From a virus: DNA of 64,000 nt. Below the pieces are notes generated by a model. The model ran no database searches and was not told the DNA's origin. It saw only the letters and a program-made list of their open reading frames with translations. Shown here piece by piece: positions 25,723 to 37,600 of this stretch (its first letter is position 1; each line of letters begins with the position of its first letter). The DNA lies in the IMG/VR virus record IMGVR_UViG_3300040770_000387. One strand, written 5' to 3'. Made by a program: the position numbers and the translations under genes.

Positions 25723-28700
25723 ATGGACAGTAATAATAATCCTCAATTTAGCAACACCAGCACCGGTACCAACAACGCTTTTACAAAAGGGATGGTTAAG
25801 GATATGTCCGACATCTACATAGGAGAAGGCATGTGGACCAACGCGATCAACGCGGTAAACAATTCTCACAACGGAGAAACAGGAGTGCTTGGTAATGAAC
25901 CTTCTAATGCATACTGCGCAAGCGCGCCTTACACCATCATCAGCATCTTACATAAGAAGCTTAGCGAATGGGTTGTTTTCTCTACTAACGATACAAATTC
26001 GGAAATAGGAATTTTTGACGAGAGCAAGTGTTCTTATACTAAATTAGTAAACGACAACTGTCTGGGTTTTAAAAAAAGCAACTTGATTACGGGGGCCTGC
26101 AAAGAAAACTATGATCATACTTATACTGTGTACTTTCAAGATGGACTTAACTTTGACAGAAAGTTAAACCTTAGTGCTATTCCTTATTTGGAAACAGGCG
26201 TAAACTTATCAAAAGATCCTGATTGTTACAAACCGGAATACTCGAGTAAACTAGATTGTGATGCTTTGCTTTTACAACCGTTAATTTCTCAACCTTGCGT
26301 ACGAATTAAAAAAGGACAGGGTTCTGGACAGCTTAACAACGGAAGCTATATGGCTGCTGTTGCTTATTCTGAGAACGGCATTAGGCTTACTGACTATAGT
26401 ATTCCTAGTGCACCACAAGCTTTGTGGGCACACGAAGGCATAGGAGGCTCTTTGGAAATTAACTTAAGCGGGATGGATCAAGATTTTCCTGAATTCGAGT
26501 TAGTTATAATCGGCATAGTAAATCAACAAACTGTTGCTAAAAGTGTAGGTTTTTATTCTACAAGGCAAAGTACAGTATCCTTAGATTTTTACGGAGGTGC
26601 TCAACCTACAGTAGAGTTAAAACTAATTCCACTGCGTTCACCGGTATACAACAAGAGCGATAAGATGTTTCGCGTAGACAAGTATCTTTTAAGAAGCGGT
26701 GTTACTACTGTGTCTTACATTAACTATCAAGAACAAGCAAACAAGATTCAGATAAAATGGGTCAGTGTAGAGTATCCTGCCAATTACTATTTTAATGGAG
26801 GAAACGTTGCTGGTTACATGCGTGATGAAGTGTACAGTTTTTTTATACGATGGGTATACAATACAGGGGCCAGATCGGCTTCTTTTCATATTCCGGGGCG
26901 TGAGTCTACTGCAGCAGATTTAAGCGCTGTAAGCGGCTTAGATTCGCTTGATGCTACAGAAAACCAACGTTGGAAAGTATACGATACATCTAGCAAATCA
27001 CCTCGCTCGGGTATGACGCAAGATAAAGGCGTAATTACCGCAAGTGGTAAGATGGGATATTGGCAATCAACAGAACGTTACCCTGATAACAAACCAGGAA
27101 TTTGGGGAGGTCTTTGCGGAAAATACATACGTCATCACAAGATGCCTTCAAACGAAACTACACACATTCATCGCGATGGTGTAATCAGTATTTTAGGTGT
27201 AGAGTTTGATAATATTATGCATCCTTTAGACGAGTTTGGCAAACCAATGCAAAGCATTGTTGGCTATGAGATTTTAAGAGGCTCGCGAGAAAGTAACAGA
27301 AGTATTGTCGCTAAAGGATTGTTTAACAATCTTTGGGAATATGACATTAAGGACAGCGCTACAAAAGGCTTGTATCAAAACTATCCGTATAACGATCTTC
27401 GCGAGGACAAGTTTCTCACAACAGATCGCAAGACACTTGAGGAAGGCGCCGGCAGCCCAGACAAAATTGAAAAACCAGCTGCTCCAAAGACATACAAAAA
27501 GAACCATTTTTCTTTTCACTCGGTAGAAACTAACTTTGTTAAGCCTTACTTGGGTGATAATCATGTTAAGATTTACACAGAAGAACGCGGTACAGTAACA
27601 GGAAGCTACGGTATACCGTACAAGCAACCAAAGCAAAAAATCATAACAGACGGCGCTTACGCCATAGCTGCTATAGTATCTGTAGGATTAACTATGGTAG
27701 CGATGATTGGAAAAACTACTTTGTCTGGTGAAAAAAGCGGGGCTGTTAAAATCTTTGGTACTGGAGTAGAGACAAAAGGAATTGCTTCTAGAGAAGGATC
27801 TTCTCTTACAGCTCCTACAGACTTTGTTGCAGGATACCTTACTTCTGTAGTTGGTAGCACCGCTGCAATTGTTGCAGTAGCTGTACAAGGTATTGCTACC
27901 GCAGCGTATTTCTTTGGCTTGTCTATGGACGAGGTACTTGGAATCATGTACAAGCTGGCCAACTATCGTAATTATGCACTGCAGTACAACAGCCATGGAG
28001 TATACGATAAGCATTCTGCTGTGAGTAACGCGGGCGTTCCTTCAGGAATAATGCCTTCGTTCAGAAGAAAAGTAAGCGCATCAGGTGCAAAATATATGGG
28101 CTCTGGTATTCATGACGTAAATGATACACATCGAGTAAACAATTTAAACCGCAACAAGTTTGTGGCAATTGAGCTTACAGCAGATGTTCCTAATCCCGTA
28201 AGTATAACAGACAACACACGCCAAAGAATGCGTGATGTAAAGACACTGTCTCACAACGATCCTTTTGGAGAATTCAAAACAGATACGGTATCTTACTACG
28301 GCGCACTCAAAGTAAGCTTTGACAATCAATACGGTCAACTCGAAGGTGTAGTACAGTTACCTGTGGATTCTTGCGTAAGAACTACTGAAAAAAGTTTGAC
28401 TTTGTTGAATTCTAGCGGTGTTCTTTTTGGTGGTGATGTTTATATCAACCGATACACAGAGAAGAACCCTTATTACTTTTTCAACGACTGGTTGCAAGGT
28501 AACGCAGATGGAACAGATTTTAATTATAGAAACTATGTAAACGGACCTATCCCTAGATATTGGGTTGATTTTCAAAAGTTTGACACAGGAGACATTTCTG
28601 TAAAGCTGAAGTTTACTTGGAAAGGTGGTTTTAAAATAAACGCATCAAGTCCTTCTGACTTTCACAGATTAGATCGCAAAAAAAACTCAGGCATTATTTC

Positions 28701-30741
28701 TATACGCAATGCGTATTTTTACATGTTCTGCAACGGCGTGCGTGATTTCTACACAGAGTCTGAACTCAATATGGCATTCCGCGATTACGGAGAAGAGCCT
28801 TTTGAAAAATTCTACGATGTATACGGAAGATCCTTTAACGACTTAGGAACTATGTTTCGCGCAGATATCATAACCAAACCAATTTACAACAAGTATGACT
28901 TATCACTTAGCACCGCCAAACTATTCAACAACTTTGCAAGCTGGGGATCACTTTTACCAAGCGACTATAACCCGGCTCTCTACAGAAGTAGTTTCGAATA
29001 CTTCCCAAAAAGAGTTGTCTATTCATTACCTCAACAACTTTCAAGTAAACGAGACAGTTGGAGAAATTACTTACCGCTTAACTACAAAGACTTTATAGGA
29101 AAAGTAAATGCTATTAAGTCAATGAACACTCAAGGGGCTATAATTCTTTTTGAAGATGCAGAGCCTATACAGTTTTCAGGAAGCGATCAGTTACAAACTA
29201 AGAACGGCGTAAAAATAAGCATTGGAGACGGTGGTTTATTTGAACAAAGTTCCCAGAGTCTTGTCAATGCAGATGATGCATTTAACTATGGCTCAAGTAT
29301 TTCTTCTCGAGGAGCAGTAAACACGCCGTTTGGTTTGTTTTACATTTCGCAGCAAGCAGGTAAAGTAATGCAGTATGCGTCTAACATTAATGAAATCTCT
29401 CATGATGGAATGAAGCATTGGTTTTTAGAGAATCTTCCTTCACAACTTCTTGAGGCGTTTCCTAATTACGCCTTGTATGATAATCCAGTAGCAGGTGTTG
29501 GATGTCAGTCAATATACGACTCCCAATACGAGCTGCTCTATCTGAGCAAAGTGGACTATGTACCATTAGACTCCTGCATCAAGTACGATCCTATAATAGG
29601 ATTTTACACGGACTGCGCAGAAACAGAATTGATATGTCCTCCAGGATACACTAAGAACATAACAAACGGACAATGCGAAAAGACCACACTTAGCCCAGCG
29701 CTTTGTCCATCAGGTTCCGTATACGACGTGGCAACAAAAAGCTGTAAAGTAATTACAGTAGTGTCTGCAACTTGCGTTTGCGAGGCACAGGCTTTTGCTG
29801 CTGATCCAGATTCTATTTGTTCTGGGAAGAATGCTGTTATCAATATTACTGCTCCGGTAGCAGGTACTACTTTTAGTTGGACCGTAGTTCAAAATGGAGT
29901 GAGCGGTGCCTTTGCAGGAAGCGGAAATAAGATAGACCAGATATTGCTTACTACAAGTACTTCTGACGGAACAGCTGTGTATACAATAACGCCTGCTTAC
30001 AATGGTTGTATAGGGCCTGTTTTAATAAAGACAATCGGTGTAAAAGCAGGTTGTGTTCCTGCATGCAACACGTATCAGATGATTACAGATGGTTTTGCTT
30101 TTGTCAATTATATTGATTGTAACGGTGCCCCTCAGTATTACGGCTTTACTTGTTACTCTAGCATCTGTCGCTCTAATCAATTTTGCGCTAGAGAAATCCT
30201 TAGCAGTTCAGGCGATCATGTTGTAGTTAGTAATGGAAAATGTTCTCCAACAAATAACCCGGCGCCGCTTAAACCAGCAACTACACTTGCTCCAGTTGCA
30301 GCTTGTTTAGCAGCTATGGAAGTGATTGTAGATTATACCAATTCAGGATGTTCTACAGGACATACTTGTAACGGTGCTAACTTTTGGGTAGAAGCCAATA
30401 CAGTACGAATAGGTTTGGCAAGATTGAGTAACACGGGTGGGACAAACGATTTTAAAAACTATCCTCCTGGTGTAACTTCTGGAACGTCTCGTTATGACGC
30501 TTTTACTATTACCACGCAACAAGCACAAGACATAGCGGCAACAAGCACCGATGGAAACATTACATTCCGATTGGTATGTGAAGCTGCTGATACAGGAGTT
30601 GATAACGGATTTGGTCCTGGAGGCTGTCACACATCTTCTTCTCACATGGTAATTAAACTGAACAATACGGTGTTGTATGACAAATGCCCTAACGGCGGAA
30701 CATTCATCATTAACCCTTGCACAGGGGTTGTTACACCTTAA
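25723..30741 (+). CDS. Muzzle / tail stabilisation protein (P22 gp10-like), N-terminal part, with C-terminal Cys-rich and PKD-like additions
   Basis: FTKGMVKD..NAIN, YFQDGLN, YMRDEVYSF, IGDGGLF and YGSSIS conserved blocks; followed by CPPGY repeats and a PKD-like domain. Confidence 0.8.
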   Translation: MDSNNNPQFSNTSTGTNNAFTKGMVKDMSDIYIGEGMWTNAINAVNNSHNGETGVLGNEPSNAYCASAPYTIISILHKKLSEWVVFSTNDTNSEIGIFDESKCSYTKLVNDNCLGFKKSNLITGACKENYDHTYTVYFQDGLNFDRKLNLSAIPYLETGVNLSKDPDCYKPEYSSKLDCDALLLQPLISQPCVRIKKGQGSGQLNNGSYMAAVAYSENGIRLTDYSIPSAPQALWAHEGIGGSLEINLSGMDQDFPEFELVIIGIVNQQTVAKSVGFYSTRQSTVSLDFYGGAQPTVELKLIPLRSPVYNKSDKMFRVDKYLLRSGVTTVSYINYQEQANKIQIKWVSVEYPANYYFNGGNVAGYMRDEVYSFFIRWVYNTGARSASFHIPGRESTAADLSAVSGLDSLDATENQRWKVYDTSSKSPRSGMTQDKGVITASGKMGYWQSTERYPDNKPGIWGGLCGKYIRHHKMPSNETTHIHRDGVISILGVEFDNIMHPLDEFGKPMQSIVGYEILRGSRESNRSIVAKGLFNNLWEYDIKDSATKGLYQNYPYNDLREDKFLTTDRKTLEEGAGSPDKIEKPAAPKTYKKNHFSFHSVETNFVKPYLGDNHVKIYTEERGTVTGSYGIPYKQPKQKIITDGAYAIAAIVSVGLTMVAMIGKTTLSGEKSGAVKIFGTGVETKGIASREGSSLTAPTDFVAGYLTSVVGSTAAIVAVAVQGIATAAYFFGLSMDEVLGIMYKLANYRNYALQYNSHGVYDKHSAVSNAGVPSGIMPSFRRKVSASGAKYMGSGIHDVNDTHRVNNLNRNKFVAIELTADVPNPVSITDNTRQRMRDVKTLSHNDPFGEFKTDTVSYYGALKVSFDNQYGQLEGVVQLPVDSCVRTTEKSLTLLNSSGVLFGGDVYINRYTEKNPYYFFNDWLQGNADGTDFNYRNYVNGPIPRYWVDFQKFDTGDISVKLKFTWKGGFKINASSPSDFHRLDRKKNSGIISIRNAYFYMFCNGVRDFYTESELNMAFRDYGEEPFEKFYDVYGRSFNDLGTMFRADIITKPIYNKYDLSLSTAKLFNNFASWGSLLPSDYNPALYRSSFEYFPKRVVYSLPQQLSSKRDSWRNYLPLNYKDFIGKVNAIKSMNTQGAIILFEDAEPIQFSGSDQLQTKNGVKISIGDGGLFEQSSQSLVNADDAFNYGSSISSRGAVNTPFGLFYISQQAGKVMQYASNINEISHDGMKHWFLENLPSQLLEAFPNYALYDNPVAGVGCQSIYDSQYELLYLSKVDYVPLDSCIKYDPIIGFYTDCAETELICPPGYTKNITNGQCEKTTLSPALCPSGSVYDVATKSCKVITVVSATCVCEAQAFAADPDSICSGKNAVINITAPVAGTTFSWTVVQNGVSGAFAGSGNKIDQILLTTSTSDGTAVYTITPAYNGCIGPVLIKTIGVKAGCVPACNTYQMITDGFAFVNYIDCNGAPQYYGFTCYSSICRSNQFCAREILSSSGDHVVVSNGKCSPTNNPAPLKPATTLAPVAACLAAMEVIVDYTNSGCSTGHTCNGANFWVEANTVRIGLARLSNTGGTNDFKNYPPGVTSGTSRYDAFTITTQQAQDIAATSTDGNITFRLVCEAADTGVDNGFGPGGCHTSSSHMVIKLNNTVLYDKCPNGGTFIINPCTGVVTP

Positions 30742-30762
30742 CATTATAACACAGCAACACTT

Positions 30763-31695
30763 ATGGCCTGTACATGCGCTCAAGGATCGATAGCCACCGT
30801 GGTAAACGGAAAAACAATATGCACCAAAACAGCATTGACACCTGCTGTGGTATGTCCTCCGGGATGCACCGTAGTGATACAGGCTGATGGTAATGCTAAA
30901 TGCAGTTGTCTTGATAGCAAAGCACCAACAAGTCAAAAAGTAAAAACACTAATAAGTCTAAAAGACCCACGGTATTTTGCAGCTTGTGGTTGGACTATGA
31001 GTTATGATCCAAAGGCAAAAGCATGGATCAGTTTTCATGATTGGAAGCCTTCGTTAATGATGCCTTCTATGAATCATTTTTACACTATAAAAGATAACGC
31101 GCTGTGGAAACACAACGACCGATGGGATAGCTACGCTAACTTTTACGGGGTTAACTACGCGTGGGAGGTAGAGTATCCGGTGTTATCACCGGGTGCAATA
31201 ACAAGCATACGAAATGTAGAGTATACTATGGAAGCAGGATTGTTTAGTAACAAAGGTCGTGATTTCAAACACTTACTTGATGCAAACTTTGATAGAGCCA
31301 TTATCTACAACTCAGAACAAACTTCTGGATTACTTAAGCTTACGCTAAAGCCTAAAAACAATCCTGCGGAAATGCTTACATACCCTAAGGTTAACCTTAG
31401 TGACATAGAAATCCTTTATGCAAAAGAAGAAAACAAATATCGCTTTAACCAATTCTGGGATGTGACTAAAGACCGAGGAGAATTTAACGGCAATACAGTA
31501 CCTATGTGGGTGACTGCTTGTTCTGGATATCAAAAGATACTTAACCCAGCTTACCTAAACTATGGTAAGCCAGTAACAGAACGCAAAAAGTTTAGACATT
31601 ACGGAAATAGTATTATCTTACGTAAGAACATAAGTGGTGCACTTAAAATGAACCTCAAGCTTAGCTCAATCAAACAACTAACCAGCTTTAGATAA
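30763..31695 (+). CDS. Muzzle / tail stabilisation protein, C-terminal part
   Basis: WTMSYDPKAKAWISFHDWKP, NFYG, FDRAIIYNSEQTSGLL and KFRHY are normally the C-terminal muzzle blocks. Confidence 0.8.
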   Translation: MACTCAQGSIATVVNGKTICTKTALTPAVVCPPGCTVVIQADGNAKCSCLDSKAPTSQKVKTLISLKDPRYFAACGWTMSYDPKAKAWISFHDWKPSLMMPSMNHFYTIKDNALWKHNDRWDSYANFYGVNYAWEVEYPVLSPGAITSIRNVEYTMEAGLFSNKGRDFKHLLDANFDRAIIYNSEQTSGLLKLTLKPKNNPAEMLTYPKVNLSDIEILYAKEENKYRFNQFWDVTKDRGEFNGNTVPMWVTACSGYQKILNPAYLNYGKPVTERKKFRHYGNSIILRKNISGALKMNLKLSSIKQLTSFR

Positions 31696-34600
31696 TGAAT
31701 ACAAACGACATCCTTAAACGATTTCTTGGTCAACAAGAAGCCCGCATCAAAGCAGACGTATCCAAACAAGGTTACAAAAGCAATTCGCCTTACGTAAACA
31801 GTAAGCAGAATATAATTCAAGGAACAGATCAAGGCACACCAATCACAATGAAAGGTGTAGATTTTGAGGTTCACGGTGTAGACGAGTATGGCAATGAGCA
31901 GCATATGTATCCTGGAGAAGAGTATCATTTTCCTGGATCTCAGGTAAAGGAAACTCGAATGGACATGGCGCAGTATGGAAAATCAGTAACCTTTGGTACT
32001 CCAGAATATGAAAGTGCTTATAAAGCAGGTCAAGTTCAAGGCAAAGGTTTTAAACCAAATGATCCTAATGCTACATGGTTTGGAGGAGAACTTGATGAGA
32101 TTGCTATAAAACCAAAGCATAGCATTTTTTCACTTAACAGAGGTGACTATGAAAAGGCCAATGGTGAAGAAGCTTTTATGAACGAGAAAAAAGACGCGTA
32201 TCTTAAAGGACTTGGTAGTAATTGGTATGGTGCTAGCCGAACTAATTTCCCTAAAAATGTAGAAAAAGAAATTGCGCAAGAGTATCAGTATAACAAAAAC
32301 AATTATGGATTAGAGCAATTGGCTAGTTCTAAAGGTTTTGACATTAACAAAAGAGGAGCTTGGATTGAAGGGCTTAGTGCACAAGAGCGCAACGCAATGG
32401 TTAATTCTAAGTATTCTTCTAGCTTAAATCCAAACGAATTTGCAGAAGCATTAAGCGGTCTACAACAAACGGCTAATACACTTTTGCCAGGGCAGCCTTT
32501 TGATTATCAAATACCAGGACTTACTCCTAACGAAAATCAAGAAGACAAAGACTCTTGGGCATCTGCTTTTAAAATGTTTGCTCCAATGAACATCCCCGGG
32601 AACTACATTGCAAATGCTGCTAAAAACACAAACCTGTCTTCCCACCCTAACTTTAGAGAAACACCTGCAATGGGAATGCAGAGAATGGGAAATGTAAGTT
32701 CTATGGAATCTATGGCGCTTAATCCGCTTTCGTATGAAGCAATTGCTTCTGTACCGGATCTTGCTATAGGCGCATACAAAGGAGCAAAGAATTTACCAGA
32801 AACAGTACGAGCAGCAAAGCATGCATTGTTAAACAACGATGTGTCAAAAACTTTTGAGAAGATTGATGATCTTGCTTACAATGGACAAACAAACATTGAT
32901 TTGCCTAAACGAGATGTTGCAGATTATACTGACGGCGCAGCATTTGCAGAAAGTACAAAGCTAGCACCATATGAGCCATTAGTAAATTTGGAAGGACTAC
33001 CTGCAGATTATACTAAGAAACAATTGGCGGCTTATATGAAAGAAGCAGAACGTCACAAATTAAAATACTGTAAAGACGGAGACGAAGCTTGTGCAAAAAG
33101 TGCTAATGCAATTACACAAGCCATATGGAACAAACTGGAAACAGGCACAAATTATGACTACAATTCTAACGCTGCAGATGCTTGGTATTCAAAAGATCAA
33201 ATCACAAAGCACGGTGGAGAAACAATCTATGATCACACAACAGATGTAGGTGATATTCCACTTAACAAAATTCAGATAGGAGACCAAGTAATGATGGGTC
33301 CTAAGTACGGAACGTCTCATGCTAAATTTGATCCTGCTACAGGACTTGCAAAAGAACAAGGGGTACAACACCGAGCGGTTGTTGTTGGTATAAACAATGG
33401 CCAACCTATGATTTTAGAATCAGGATATGGTGCAAGCTTGCAGCCTAGACCTTTAGATAAAAACTTGTTTTATAGCCAGACTTCTGGGAACGGTGTTACT
33501 AGTATTGTTAGGCCTAAGCAGTTTGTTAATGCTAAAAATGATATTGCCAATCACATGTTGCGATCAAGCGAGATAAGCAGAGATGCTACTATTGAGTTTG
33601 GAACATCTCCTGCAGCTCAAAAGTACACTGATTTTTTTGATAAGAACAAAGTAGAAATGGCAAATACTTTAGGGTTAACGCAAGATGAGTTAATTCAAGT
33701 GTATCGTTCCACAATAGGAATAGGTGCTCAAGAAACAAAGTTAGGAAACTCAATTCCTTCAGGCCTGTTAAACCAGTCTAAGATTACAATTCAAAACATG
33801 CTTCAAAAAGCAGGGCTTACTCCTTTGATAAAAGGATCTACAAACGCAATTAAAGGTTTAGCAAACAAAGCATTTGACAAAAAATCAGCAGACCTTCTGG
33901 ATTTTCCAGGAAGTGCTGTAGTAGAAATGGAAGCGCACAAGCTTGTTAGCAGTGGTGCTTTTTCTGATGTTCGGTCTGCTGTCAATAACTTGTATGAAAC
34001 TAAATACAACAAAGCATCTCGATTTACGACAAACTCTACAGCAGCTTCAAAAGGAATATTTAGACAAAAGGAAATTTCTCAAAGCGGTGCTAAAATGGGG
34101 TTGCGTCAAAACAACTTTGCCAACACACCAGAAAAACAACTTACATCTGCTGTATCAAACTTATCTGATATTTTAAAAAAGATACGAAAAGAAAACCCAG
34201 AGTACTCTTTTGAGAAAGCATTAGATCTTGCCAAATTATCTTGGAACTCTCCAGCAAAAGCTAAAAACAAAGATTTGATTGATTTCTTTTACGACGGCGT
34301 AGGAAATCCTGATCCATCAACTATAGGGTTTGATTACTTAGGGAAAGTAAACAAACGAATGCAAGAGCTAGTACCCATCACAAATGTAAAACCTGTTACA
34401 CCGGGTACTATCGGTTTTAGATTAAAAGAAGGAGGTTCAATTACAGATCAGCATCGTACTATCTTAAGTAACTTTTTACCTAAAGCGCAAACAGGTGGTA
34501 TTCCAAGAAGACCTTATCATCCAAGTATGGATGAAGAGTGGAACGAATCTTACAAGCCTTTTGGTGAATTGGCGCAAGAAGCTATGGATGTTGTTCAACA

Positions 34601-37600
34601 TTTAATACCAGCAACAAGATCACTTCCAAGTGTAGGTTCCGCAATAGGTATTGCGCAATCAATGTATAACAGCGAAGATGCTAACATGTCTGATATGGTA
34701 GGGCTCATTCCACATCCGTATGCTCAGGTGGCTTCTTTTGGATTGTTAGGTATTGAAAAGTCAGCTAAAAACTTTAAAAATTACAGAGTTCAAAGTCAAA
34801 GTGGAAAATCAATAGAGCAGCTTTTATTTGAAAAGCAAGCTAGTGATTATGATAGCAGAACGACTATTGACAGCACAGCTGTAGCAATGCCTAGAATGAA
34901 TTCCAGATTGACAACTAACCCACTTTCCTCACCTGAGTTCATTGGTAAAAACAACAACTCCGTTCTGAATAAACAAAAGCCCGCAACAAAGCCTAAGTTT
35001 GAGTCTGAGTTTAAACCTGCACCAGAAAGAGAAACCTTTCCGGTGGCAAAAAAACCATCTGCTCCACGTCAACCTATGGAAATTCTAAAGGAGCTTCACG
35101 CAAAAGGAATGGTAATGAAACAGAATGCGCAAATCACAACAAGCATGGGAGAGATTCCATACGCACCTAAAGCGCAGTACGGTGTAGACATGTCTGGTAA
35201 AGCTACTCCTGGTATTGACCTGCGTATGGCAGCCGCGTTGAAAAACAACACAGATCATGCGCAGCTGCTTCGCAACATGCAAACATCAAACGATTCTCAG
35301 ACGTATTACCAAGGAGAACTTGACAATGTTGTAGTACAGCAAAAAACGCCTCACAAAGGATTCTGGAGCCAGTATGGAGACAGGCTTAGAGAAGAACATA
35401 AAGACGATGGTCTCTTAGGAGCTATTGCAGGTTTACCACTTGATGCTGTTGCAGGTTTTCCTCAAGCGGCAATGATGTATGGCTTGAGTGGAAAAGTACA
35501 ACGTCCTTCAGAAGCAATGCGTATGAATGGAGTAGAAGCTGCTTTTGCAGATGGTGTAATTGATCCTTCTAATTTAGCAGGGGTGGGTTTATTGACGAAA
35601 GAAAATATACTAGGTAAATTTGCTAAAGGAGCACGTGCAGCAGAAGGTGTTCAACTTACAGATGATGCAGCACGATTTGCAGATAACGCTGTTGGAAGCA
35701 TGGATGACTTTGCAGCAAAGCGTGATCCATATATGCCTGAGTACTCTGATGCAGAGTTTGCTAAAAAAGCAGAGCTACGAGAAAGAGCGGAAGAAGATTT
35801 TTATGAAGATGGCTTTGACACCTTTGATGATTACGGAGATCCTAACAGAATGTCGATGGCAGAACGCAAATCGCTTTTAGAAAGAGATCCAAATCCTTTT
35901 CCTGATGACAACTGGAATGATAAGTATTTTGATCATGATCCAGGCGGAAAAGAAGCCAGGGAATATAAATGGCGTGTAAGCCAGGGTGAAAAATTTATGA
36001 TGCCTACTAGAAGAACAAGTAACGGTACACCAGGAGGTAATGTTTTGTCGGATTCAGTAGATCCGATTAATCGCGCCAGGTGGGAGAGAAAACAATTACC
36101 ACCACCTGCTTCTGAATTATACATTGATACAACAAGCTTTTCTCCTAAGCCAGGGTCAGCAATGCAACTTAATGAAAATGGGTTAGACGGCTTAGCTCGT
36201 CATACCAGAATGCATGCTTCAATTGAGCCGAGTGCAAGAACGCATCCTTCTTCGTTTACTTTAGATAATGAGCAGATCGAAGAACTTGGAAGAATGAGTA
36301 ATGAAGGCCGACTTACTCAAGAGCAACAAACTCAGTTTACAGATTATGTTACTGGAAGAAATAACGCGCGTCGTAACAATGATTTAGAAAGATACCAAGC
36401 TAGTCAAGCAATGGACCAGTTATTTGGAAGTAGCGTTCACGAAGAAGAAAGCGCTCGCGAGGCTGCTATGGATGCTTATCATGACGCACTAGCTAATGAC
36501 TATGATGGATACGTTCCATTAAGCGCAGACAATATGGATCCTTCAGATTCATTTGGATTCAACGAATTTAGAAACAAAGCTGCTCTTAGTAGAGAAGAGT
36601 CAATAAGAAGAATAGAGCAAGCAAGAACTGGTTTGCGAGAAAGCGATTCAGTATCATATAACACGGCTGAAGCGGATAGTTTTTATGATGCCCCTATGTT
36701 TGGAGGACCTCCTAGTTGGCCAGCAGGTGAGGGTGCTTCTTATGTACCAAACGTAAGAAATCGTTCTGGTATGACTAAGAAAGAAATCATCAGAAAGTTT
36801 GGTGACAAAGATGGTGTTATTGAAAACATGGACCCCGCAGCTTTTGAAAAAGTTGTTGTAAAACCAAACGGAGAAATAGCTCTTCACACAGAAAGTGCCG
36901 ATGTAAAAGGATTGTATACTAATGGTGCTACTAATAAACCTTTTCTAGATGATGTAACACCAATGGATAAGGGTTCTTATGCAGAAATGTTTAACAGTGA
37001 TCTTAATAGGCTAAATAGCATTATAGCTAAAAACAACAAGTCTGGTGTGCAGTATCGTGTAAAAGGTCTTGGTGAAAATGGCAGCTTGCGCTTTGAAACT
37101 CCGGCGCAACGAATGGCAATGCCAGAAGACTCTGCACCGCAACGTGCTATAAAAATGGCCGAATCTTCAATGGATCTAATGCGTATGGAAATAGATCGTC
37201 TGACTAAACGAATAGGACAGCAGACTACACCTGAGGATATTGCTGATGCCACTAGATATAGAGATCAAAATATAGCAGACCTTGAACGCCACAATCAATA
37301 CTTAGAAGGTATGAGATTTCGCTTTGACAGATCGCTTAATATTCCTGCTGGAGAAACAAGTTGGGGAGTAAACATTAATGCTGGAAAATGGAAAGGTGAA
37401 GTGCAGGATATTAACAACTCGGATTATTTTAAAAGTATTCCAGGATTAGGTATAAGCAATTCTACTGCCGGTGTATTTAGCGATGGTATTCCAAGAAGAG
37501 GTTCTGGAACATATGAAAGCATAAACGAGTATCTTAAGTCTTTAGAAATGGGGCGTGTGAAAGCAGGGTTTAATTCACAAACATCTAAGTCTAGAGGGCT

